Made by a program: the position numbers and the translations under genes. DNA of 24,949 bases from a virus (taxonomy: Duplodnaviria > Caudoviricetes). Below are positions 9,720-17,400 of this stretch, piece by piece. The notes beneath the pieces are model-generated. The model saw only the letters and a program-made list of their open reading frames with translations. It was not told the origin of the DNA and did not search any database. The stretch spans positions 1-24,949 of the IMG/VR virus record IMGVR_UViG_3300021791_000010. One strand, 5' to 3'. Every line of letters begins with the position of its first letter. Position 1 is the first letter of the stretch.

Positions 9720-10230
9720 GGCTGGGTGGACGTTATTTTTAGAAGACGAGGGAAGGCAATTGTTCATGGGAGTGGACTGTTCGTCAAGAGCTATTCATGC
9801 TGTGTTAGTAGATGAACATGAACAAGTTGTGGGTCAAGGAAAATGGCGTAGTTCGGAAAATGATTTCAATATTCGATTTCTTGAAATAGCCCAAAAGTTT
9901 AATCAAGATCTTAGTAAAATAGAAGTAATACAGGGAGTTGCTGTTGAGTCAGCAATTTTCATTCAGAATCCTAAATCGACCATGGAAATCGCTACTGTTG
10001 TAGGGGGAGTGCGATTAACGTGTTTTCAAAACGGATTAGAATGCGTACCCGTAGATAATCGTCACTGGAAAAAACATGTGTTGGGTAAAGGAAATCTGAA
10101 TAAGAAAGCGATAAAAGCCTTCACTATAGAAAAATGGGGGGATATCTTTAAAGAACAGGATTGGTCGGACGCAGCCTGTATAGCATTATGGATAAAAAGG
10201 AGAGTCAAAGATGAGCTTAAAAAAAGTTAG
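9703..10230 (+). CDS. ruvC: RuvC-like Holliday junction resolvase
   Basis: MGVDCSS (first Asp), VAVES (Glu), WKKHVLGKGNLNK, QDWSDAACIA (Asp pair). Start uncertain (TTG 9703, TTG 9760 or ATG 9766). Confidence 0.8.
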   Translation: MKNQSKAGWTLFLEDEGRQLFMGVDCSSRAIHAVLVDEHEQVVGQGKWRSSENDFNIRFLEIAQKFNQDLSKIEVIQGVAVESAIFIQNPKSTMEIATVVGGVRLTCFQNGLECVPVDNRHWKKHVLGKGNLNKKAIKAFTIEKWGDIFKEQDWSDAACIALWIKRRVKDELKKS

Positions 10231-10705
10231 GCCAGAAATACAAATCCACTTTACGTCGCCTGTAGAGAAGAAGAAACTGGAATATAAGGATAAGTTTCCT
10301 AAATCTCTTCCCACGTTAGATGATGTCAAGAAAGAACATGGTGTGGTTGTATGGTGTAAATTTACCAAATGTCAATATAATAAAGAGGTAAAGGGATTAC
10401 AACGTACAACTGGAACAATGTTAAATAATAGGGCGTACACCCCTATCAGTGAACAGGAACATACGTGGAATGGTATTTGCACTAGAGATGAAATAGGAAT
10501 TAAATATGACGAAGTCAATACCCCTAACGGTACTAAATTTAAAGTGCCTACTTGCTTTTCAGCAGTAACAGGTGTATCAGGCCATATAGACTTCAGTCGA
10601 TTCCTACAGTCTGATGGCAGCCCAATTGGAGGGAATATAGATTCCCAACACGTTTCAGATGCTGGCTATGGTGGTTTAGACGCTGGAAATATATATGAGA
10701 GGTAG
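10211..10705 (+). CDS. Hypothetical protein, possible metal-binding Cys cluster
   Basis: 164-aa ORF with SD AAGGAG; four Cys in WCKFTKCQYN...GIC...PTC. Confidence 0.75.
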   Translation: MSLKKVRPEIQIHFTSPVEKKKLEYKDKFPKSLPTLDDVKKEHGVVVWCKFTKCQYNKEVKGLQRTTGTMLNNRAYTPISEQEHTWNGICTRDEIGIKYDEVNTPNGTKFKVPTCFSAVTGVSGHIDFSRFLQSDGSPIGGNIDSQHVSDAGYGGLDAGNIYER

Positions 10706-10710
10706 TTGAG

Positions 10711-11208
10711 ATGCCAAAACGGATTCCGCATGAAGTAAGAAATAAAGCAATGCAACTTTATCTAGAGGGTAAGGCTGCTAAGGATATTGCCGCTGTTATA
10801 ACCAAAGATTCTGATGTAACGGTACAACCCTCTACTATTTATGCATGGGCTAACCAATATAATTGGAATGGGACTAGAGCAGAAGCTAGGGCCGATGCGG
10901 TGGAGCAAATAAAAGAATCTGAAACGCAGAGGTACGCTCGATTACAAGAGGAGCATTTGGACACTTATGAGGAATTGAGAAAAAAAGCGTCGTTAGAACT
11001 AAAGGCTCATATGTTTGATAAGCCTTTTGATGCCGCCAGAGCTTTAGATTTGGGAATTAAAGGCGAACGGTCAGTAATGGAAGGAATGATAAACCTTCAA
11101 TTTATTCAAGATGTTATGTCAGTACTGCTTGATGAGGTAACAGATAAAGATATGTTAGGCCGCATTGCCGTGAAACTAAAAACTTTAGTACAAACAGAGA
11201 GGGAATAG
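10711..11208 (+). CDS. terS: Terminase small subunit (N-terminal HTH)
   Basis: HTH (AMQLYLEG..AKDIA...PSTIYAWANQYNW) followed by coiled coil; immediately upstream of terL. Confidence 0.72.
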   Translation: MPKRIPHEVRNKAMQLYLEGKAAKDIAAVITKDSDVTVQPSTIYAWANQYNWNGTRAEARADAVEQIKESETQRYARLQEEHLDTYEELRKKASLELKAHMFDKPFDAARALDLGIKGERSVMEGMINLQFIQDVMSVLLDEVTDKDMLGRIAVKLKTLVQTERE

Positions 11209-12933
11209 ATGGCATCAGGTACTAGCTCAACTACATTTGGAGATGCTTTTGCTAAATTAGCAGACGGCCTTCAGACATATCAGTCAATAAAGGTTGGAAG
11301 TTTTTGGGAATTTCTGCGTGATGTATGGTCACAAAGTTTCGATCATCCTGAGTACTTCAAAGCTTGGCACGTAGGGTTATTGGCAGAAGATATTGAACGC
11401 TGTCTTCAAGAAGGAAAGAACTATGTAGCCGTGTTACCACGGTTTCATTTCAAATCTACCATCTTAGGACATGCATTTAGTGTGTGGCAGCTTTTGAAAT
11501 CCACTAGAGACTGTTCTGTACTGTACCTATCCTATAGTGACCATATGGCTAGGTATCATATTTCGGAGATTAATAAGGCGGTGAATAGAAACCCGCAACT
11601 TAAAGAGTGGATGGTTAATAGGTCACCTAAAGCAGACTATTCATTTAGATATTATATTAAGAATAATCCTATGGAGATTGCCCACGGTGGTCTTTTCTCA
11701 TTTAAACGAGGTATGCATGTTAACGGAGCATTAATTGCAGATGACGTATTGAGAGACCCAGATAACCCATTGAACTTGGGGCAAATTTATAAGGTAGAAG
11801 ACCACTTCCTTACAGAGTCTATGTTCATTCCGTTAAAGGGAGTACCTGTAATAGTACTAGGAACACCAATGATGCCAGGAGACCTCTTGACAAAGCTTCA
11901 AGAGGATGATAGATTTATGAGTAGAACATTACCAGCACTTGACCCTGTACCTGGTAGAAGGGTTTTGATGCCAGAACTGTACAGTGAGGATTGGTTATTA
12001 CAGCAGCAAAAGGCTCGACCAAAGGCATTCGCTTCTGAGTTTTTACTGGTTCCTCATTTATCAACAGAATCGTATTTTGAGGACGAAGATATTCGGAAAT
12101 GTGAAGTAAGATCTCTTAATAGCCATTCTGCATATAAGCCTTATGAGCTTAAAGATACTAGTCAAATATTTGCAGGATTCGATGTAGGTAAGAAGAGGCA
12201 TCCCTCACACTTAGTAATTTTTAGAAGGGATGGTTCACACGTAGAACAGATACATCAATCATGGTTGGATGGGTGGAGTTACTCAGACCAGATTGATTAT
12301 TTAAATCAGGTGGCAGAAAATTTTAATATACAAAGGGGGTACATAGATAATACCAGAGGCGAACTCGAAGATAGAGGATTAAGTCGAGTTTGGCGGTCAA
12401 TGTCATTTACTACAAAGTCTAAGAACACAATGGCACAAGTTTTTGAAAATTATGTGCATTCAGGTAACCTTAGACTATTAGCTGATGAACGTCAACGACA
12501 ACAAATATTGTCAGTTAACAATGAATTGAAGGCTCCTCAAACACCAATGGGTCACGGAGATGCGTTCTTTTCTATATCAATGGCATTGCTAGCGGTATAT
12601 GAAACATCAGTGTACAATATACAATCTATGGGAAACTTAATGGATTGGATGACTGACCTAGATCCTACAGAGCAGAAGAAGAAGGCCGACCCAGCAGCAG
12701 AACTGCAAAGAAAATGGGCAAGGACTTTGACTCACGGGTCAACTATGAAGGATAATGACCCCGCAAATTGGGATGGAAAAACGTGGTCGGAGAGAACTCC
12801 TGAAGAGACAATCGCACATTTGTCTCAAGTACGAGAGAATGCTCCTAATCCAGTATGTTCCGAAAGTTTGTGTAACCCATCATATTGGGTAAAAGAACGC
12901 AATTTATGTCTATATTGTGGCCATAGAGGATAA
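11209..12933 (+). CDS. terL: Terminase large subunit
   Basis: Walker A-like PRFHFKST, Walker B LIADD, coupling motif VLGTP, FASEF, nuclease AGFDVG and HGDAFFS. Confidence 0.92.
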   Translation: MASGTSSTTFGDAFAKLADGLQTYQSIKVGSFWEFLRDVWSQSFDHPEYFKAWHVGLLAEDIERCLQEGKNYVAVLPRFHFKSTILGHAFSVWQLLKSTRDCSVLYLSYSDHMARYHISEINKAVNRNPQLKEWMVNRSPKADYSFRYYIKNNPMEIAHGGLFSFKRGMHVNGALIADDVLRDPDNPLNLGQIYKVEDHFLTESMFIPLKGVPVIVLGTPMMPGDLLTKLQEDDRFMSRTLPALDPVPGRRVLMPELYSEDWLLQQQKARPKAFASEFLLVPHLSTESYFEDEDIRKCEVRSLNSHSAYKPYELKDTSQIFAGFDVGKKRHPSHLVIFRRDGSHVEQIHQSWLDGWSYSDQIDYLNQVAENFNIQRGYIDNTRGELEDRGLSRVWRSMSFTTKSKNTMAQVFENYVHSGNLRLLADERQRQQILSVNNELKAPQTPMGHGDAFFSISMALLAVYETSVYNIQSMGNLMDWMTDLDPTEQKKKADPAAELQRKWARTLTHGSTMKDNDPANWDGKTWSERTPEETIAHLSQVRENAPNPVCSESLCNPSYWVKERNLCLYCGHRG

Positions 12934-12953
12934 TATTTTTAGGAGGAGCGAAC

Positions 12954-14903
12954 ATGACGACAACAACTTCAGCAGCAGCATCATATGGTATGACTCAATT
13001 TTCAGAGAATTTACCAGAACCTGTATTATCAACCCAAGCACAGGTTATCTTAACGCACAGATATTTTTTAAAGAATGATGCTGGGGAAACCATTGAAAAT
13101 GGTATAGGGTTATTTAAACGAGTAGCGAAAGCTATTTCAAGTATAGAAAATAACTATATGACTTTACCTGTTGAAGCTGAATTAATAGAGAGCGAGTTTC
13201 TAACCATGATGAAGAGTCTAGAGTTTCTTCCAAACTCGCCCACTCTTATGAATGCGGGTACTTATCAAGGTACTCTGTCGGCATGTTTCGTCCTACCTCT
13301 AGAAGATTCCATGGAAGGAATTATGAAAGCCGCACATGATGCTGCTATGGTGCAGAAATTTGGCGGAGGTACGGGCTTTGCGTTATCCAAAATACGACCT
13401 CATGGAGATAAGATAAAAACCACCCATGGAATTGCGTGTGGCCCAATAGAAGTATTAAAAACACTTTCTAGGGTTTCATCTATGATTACACAAGGGGGGA
13501 AGAGAGATGGGGCGAATATGGCGGTTATGTCAGTGTATCATCCAGATATCCTTGAATTTATTAATTGTAAATCAATTGAGGGAACCATCCATAATTTTAA
13601 CATTTCTGTGGGTGTTGATGATCATTGGATGGAGTGTGTGGAAAATGGTCTCAAGTTTCCTTTAATTAATCCATCAACGAAGCAAATCGTGGGGAACTTA
13701 GACGCAAGAGAGGTCTTTACGAAAATCGTAGAGGGTGCGTGGAAGAACGGTGAACCTGGAATGATTTTTCTTGATCAGATAAATAAGGATAATCATGTTT
13801 CAAAGGAGTATGGGGACATGATTGCTACAAATCCTTGTGGCGAACAACCGCTACTGGGAAATGAGTCTTGTAATTTAGGTTCGATTAACTTGGCAAAATT
13901 TGTTAAAGATGATGCTGCTCCCTATACTTCCGACGTATATTGGAAAGACCAAATTAATTGGGAACGTTTGGAAAAAGTAACCAAACTGTCTACTAGGTTT
14001 TTAGATAATGTTATTGATGCTAATTATTATGCTACCCCTGAGATAGAAGCTATGACAAAAGCGACCCGCAAGATTGGTCTAGGTGTTATGGGATTTGCAG
14101 ATTTGCTTATACAATTACGGATTCCCTATAATTCCGTAGCTGCTAGAGAAGTAGGGGCATATGCTATTTCTAAGATTCGAGATTGGGCTGATGAGGAGTC
14201 CCTCGAATTAGGGGCTAGTAGAGGCACTTTCCCTGCGTGGCAAGAGAGTACGTTTGATAAAGAAGATGAGGCATACAGGAATCATTGTCGATTAACTGTT
14301 GCCCCTACTGGAACGATTTCAATGATCTCCGATACGTCTTCGGGTATTGAGCCAACATTTGCATTGGCATGGAAAAAACAAAACATACTTGAAGGCAAAA
14401 CTTTAAATTATGTAAATCAATATTTTGAAAAGGATGCGAAGAAGTACGGGTTTTATTCAGACGGTTTAATGAATTATTTAGCGAATGGTGGTTCCTTACA
14501 AAAGCATCCCCATATACCAGACTGGGTAAAGAGGGTATATGTAACCGCTCCTGAGATTTCACCCGAAGACCATGTTTTAATGCAGTCCGCATTTCAAAAA
14601 TATGTTGATTCGGGAATTTCTAAGACCATTAATTTTGCTAATCATGCTACCGTTCAGGATGTAGAAGACGCATATTTACTGGCTTGGAAACAACATTGTA
14701 AAGGTATTACCGTGTATAGAGCAGGCAGTCGTGAAAAAGAGGTACTGGTAAAAGGTACAGAGAAAGACACGCAATTAGAGTTCGCTTTGCAGCTTGAGAA
14801 CGAAGAGGATACGTCTAGTTGCTGCGAGAATCCATATATAGTTATGGAATCTGGTTGTGAGACTTGTAAATCTTGTGGATGGAGTGCTTGTGTAATTGCA
14901 TAA
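12954..14903 (+). CDS. nrdJ: Class II (adenosylcobalamin-dependent) ribonucleotide reductase
   Basis: FLPNSPTLMNAG, LSACFV, TNPCGEQPL, CNLGSINL, IGLGVMG, VAPTGTIS, ISKTINF, KGITVYR; C-terminal ESGCETCKSCGWSAC Cys cluster typical of NrdJ; no nrdB in the window. Confidence 0.9.
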   Translation: MTTTTSAAASYGMTQFSENLPEPVLSTQAQVILTHRYFLKNDAGETIENGIGLFKRVAKAISSIENNYMTLPVEAELIESEFLTMMKSLEFLPNSPTLMNAGTYQGTLSACFVLPLEDSMEGIMKAAHDAAMVQKFGGGTGFALSKIRPHGDKIKTTHGIACGPIEVLKTLSRVSSMITQGGKRDGANMAVMSVYHPDILEFINCKSIEGTIHNFNISVGVDDHWMECVENGLKFPLINPSTKQIVGNLDAREVFTKIVEGAWKNGEPGMIFLDQINKDNHVSKEYGDMIATNPCGEQPLLGNESCNLGSINLAKFVKDDAAPYTSDVYWKDQINWERLEKVTKLSTRFLDNVIDANYYATPEIEAMTKATRKIGLGVMGFADLLIQLRIPYNSVAAREVGAYAISKIRDWADEESLELGASRGTFPAWQESTFDKEDEAYRNHCRLTVAPTGTISMISDTSSGIEPTFALAWKKQNILEGKTLNYVNQYFEKDAKKYGFYSDGLMNYLANGGSLQKHPHIPDWVKRVYVTAPEISPEDHVLMQSAFQKYVDSGISKTINFANHATVQDVEDAYLLAWKQHCKGITVYRAGSREKEVLVKGTEKDTQLEFALQLENEEDTSSCCENPYIVMESGCETCKSCGWSACVIA

Positions 14904-14907
14904 ATAC

Positions 14908-14916
14908 AGTATAATA
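14908..14916 (+). promoter_or_regulatory. Putative promoter -10 element (AGTATAATA motif)
   Basis: AGTATAATA in the intergenic gap before 14945; the same 9-mer recurs at 23505 and 24277. Confidence 0.5.
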
Positions 14917-14944
14917 ATCTGTTGGAACATACAGGGAGGTCTAT

Positions 14945-16258
14945 ATGCGTAAACTATTTACATGGAAAACACTAAGGAATGTTATTAGACGGAGTGTAGG
15001 GTCAGTATCCCTACTAGCAGGTACGTTGGGCTTGGTACTACTTGCCGTAAACCCAGTTCCGTGGGTTGCCTCGTATCTACCGCTTAAGATAAATAGCACG
15101 ACCTTTGGAAGTCTGTTGCTAACAGAAGAATATTTACAGGGTCTCATGACTGCATTTTACACAGACCCTATAGTATGGGGTAGTACGGCAGGTATATCAG
15201 GATTATTGATATTATTAGCTGGGATACTTCTAGTCCGTAGCCCTAAACAAGCGTTGCGGTCATTAGGACGAGGCGTTAAAGCTTCTCCTATGGCGGTTAT
15301 ACGTTCCCCAATCACGTTCTATAGAAAGGTTGTACAAGGTCGAAATTGGTTATTGGCAAAAGTTGAGTATCTTCAGTCTGAAAGTGCTAAATGGAAGACT
15401 ACTTTTAATATTTTGAAATCTCCATACAGCCTACTTCGGGCCGCTGGATTCAGCCCTCAAATGGCCATGGGTGTATTATTCGCTGGTTCGGCTGTTGGTG
15501 GTGGGGTTGCTGTAAACGAAACGATTTTAGCTGACCGAAGTTTTAATCGTGGAGATAGCGGTATCTATGCAGCCTCTCTTGTAGGAAACGGAGCAAACTT
15601 AGATGCTCCTACAGAGTATGTTGAAGGCTCCAACACGCTTAGGATTGACTTAGGTAATACTCCCGTTCGGGAAATCACTATAGAAAATGTTTCCGTAGGA
15701 ACAGTTTTCACAGGTTCTGCCTTACCATCAGGAGAAACCAATGTAGTACAGGTCTCAGGTAATACTATATCTGGTGGCACGAACACACGCCTTGAAATAG
15801 GGCATTTTATCTTTGAAAATTCACGTTGTAAGAAGCTAACCATGACAGACATACAGGCTCATACGATCGTGGTCAAGGGCAATGCCAGCGATGGTCAAAG
15901 TTTGGCCCCTTCACCAGGTACCTCTAGAATGAGAGCTATCGGTGGAGGACATCAACAAGCAGATGCCATGATCACGAATGGCGGTACGTACGACAGGATC
16001 TGGATTCAGGCTCCGTCTTCAGGCGTAAATGGCAAGGTAGGCACCCTGAGATTGAGCAATTTGTACACAAAAGGGGGAGATTGTGTCCTCTCGAAAATGA
16101 ATATAGGAACTCTTGAAATATTATTAAATGAGATCGGAATGGGCGATGGATTCAATACTAAGGAGTTCACGATCGCTACTACAGTTACTGGTGCCAACAT
16201 AACGGTTCAAGACAATGTTGAAGTAACTATAGCGGAACCTGCCACTACTGGACATTAA
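14945..16258 (+). CDS. Membrane-anchored protein with beta-rich C-terminal domain, unknown function
   Basis: Hydrophobic segments near aa 20-37, 76-97 and 173-190; Gly/Thr/Ser/Asn-rich C-terminal half; SD GGGAGGT. Confidence 0.75.
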   Translation: MRKLFTWKTLRNVIRRSVGSVSLLAGTLGLVLLAVNPVPWVASYLPLKINSTTFGSLLLTEEYLQGLMTAFYTDPIVWGSTAGISGLLILLAGILLVRSPKQALRSLGRGVKASPMAVIRSPITFYRKVVQGRNWLLAKVEYLQSESAKWKTTFNILKSPYSLLRAAGFSPQMAMGVLFAGSAVGGGVAVNETILADRSFNRGDSGIYAASLVGNGANLDAPTEYVEGSNTLRIDLGNTPVREITIENVSVGTVFTGSALPSGETNVVQVSGNTISGGTNTRLEIGHFIFENSRCKKLTMTDIQAHTIVVKGNASDGQSLAPSPGTSRMRAIGGGHQQADAMITNGGTYDRIWIQAPSSGVNGKVGTLRLSNLYTKGGDCVLSKMNIGTLEILLNEIGMGDGFNTKEFTIATTVTGANITVQDNVEVTIAEPATTGH

Positions 16259-16280
16259 GGAGATTAAAGAGAAGTGCTAA

Positions 16281-16661
16281 ATGTATGAATATAGAGGTAA
16301 CTTGATAAAGATTATAGATGGTGATACAATAGACGTGGATTTAGAGTTAGGTTTTGATGTTATCTTGAAAAAACAACGTATACGGTTATACGGTATAAAT
16401 ACACCAGAATCACGTACTAGAGACCTTGAGGAAAAAAAATACGGGCTGGCTGCAAAAGCTAGACTAAGGGAACTATTAGAAGCAGCAGACAGTCTAATAA
16501 TCAAAACGGCCATAGATAAAAAGGCCAGAGGAAAATATGGACGAATTTTGGGTACAGTATTTGCGGATGAGACTAACGTTAATGATGTATTGGTTTCCGA
16601 AGGTCACGCAATTGCTTATTACGGCGGGAAAAAGAATACGAACAAATGGTGGAAGGAGTAG
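16281..16661 (+). CDS. Staphylococcal-nuclease (thermonuclease) family protein
   Basis: IIDGDTID, RIRLYGINTPE, GKYGRILG, LVSEGHA motifs. Confidence 0.9.
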   Translation: MYEYRGNLIKIIDGDTIDVDLELGFDVILKKQRIRLYGINTPESRTRDLEEKKYGLAAKARLRELLEAADSLIIKTAIDKKARGKYGRILGTVFADETNVNDVLVSEGHAIAYYGGKKNTNKWWKE

Positions 16662-16664
16662 ATA

Positions 16665-16889
16665 ATGGCAGTAACAATCTACACATCGCTTGGTTGAGGC
16701 CCATGCGTTATGACCAAGTCTTGGTTAAAAACTCAGAATATAGATTTTATTGAAAAACATGTAGAAGATGAAGGTGTTTCTGAAGAGTTGATGTCGTTAG
16801 GGTATAAAGTAACACCAGTAATTATGGTAGACGGAACTGCGATAGTAGGTTATAATACAAGGAAGTTAGCCGAAGCATTAGCTAAATAA
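16665..16889 (+). CDS. nrdH: NrdH/glutaredoxin-like redoxin with in-frame UGA (putative selenoprotein, UGPC active site)
   Basis: SD AAGGAG 16653-16658, ATG 16665; MAVTIYTSLG-(TGA 16695-16697)-GPCVMTKSWLKTQNIDFIEKHVE...LGYKVTPVIMVDGTAIVGYNTRKLAEALAK, TAA 16887-16889. Intact glutaredoxin pattern on both sides of the TGA. Absent from ORF track. Confidence 0.88.
16698..16729 (+). promoter_or_regulatory. Candidate bacterial-type SECIS hairpin
   Basis: UGACCAA (16711-16717) pairs with UUGGUUA (16721-16727), closing a GUC loop whose G lies 20 nt after the UGA. Confidence 0.7.
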
Positions 16890-16899
16890 GGAGGGTAGA

Positions 16900-17346
16900 A
16901 TGTTAGGAAATTTATTACAGGGTAGAGAACAGCAATACGTAGCGAATAAGGATGATAAGACCCAAACATGGCGGGTATTAGATACGTGGCACGAAGCACT
17001 GAAATCACTAAATGTCGATGACGATGTTCCCGACGATAGTCCAGCCATAACTGTATTAACTGAAGGCGGCTTTATCGCATTAGTAAAAGAAGCGGCCCGT
17101 TTAGGGATTCTTGAAAACGCATCCTTTGGAACTGGTGAGGCCGAATATGAAGCAGCTATGCTAGATAAGAATCAAGAAGTTCAGAAATTAAGAGAAGAAA
17201 TGCTGACCAAAGACTTAGAAATTGAGAAACTCCAAAAACGAATCAATTCAACAGAGGATTATGTTCTAAAAGAAAAGGCGATGGAGTCAATTCTTAAATT
17301 GGCAGCTATGTCTGATGTAGCTAATTTAACTACTAACGTAGAGTAA
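16900..17346 (+). CDS. Hypothetical protein with C-terminal coiled coil
   Basis: 148-aa ORF with SD TAAGGAGG. Confidence 0.8.
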   Translation: MLGNLLQGREQQYVANKDDKTQTWRVLDTWHEALKSLNVDDDVPDDSPAITVLTEGGFIALVKEAARLGILENASFGTGEAEYEAAMLDKNQEVQKLREEMLTKDLEIEKLQKRINSTEDYVLKEKAMESILKLAAMSDVANLTTNVE

Positions 17347-17400
17347 TTGCTATAACGCTAGTAAAATATAGAGGATGCTTATCCTAAGTGAGGATTATTT

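Noticed and set aside
16710-16889. Redoxin starting at the downstream ATG (MTKSW...)
   Set aside because: It would lack the whole xGPC active site and has no SD, while ATG 16665 has a well-spaced AAGGAG.
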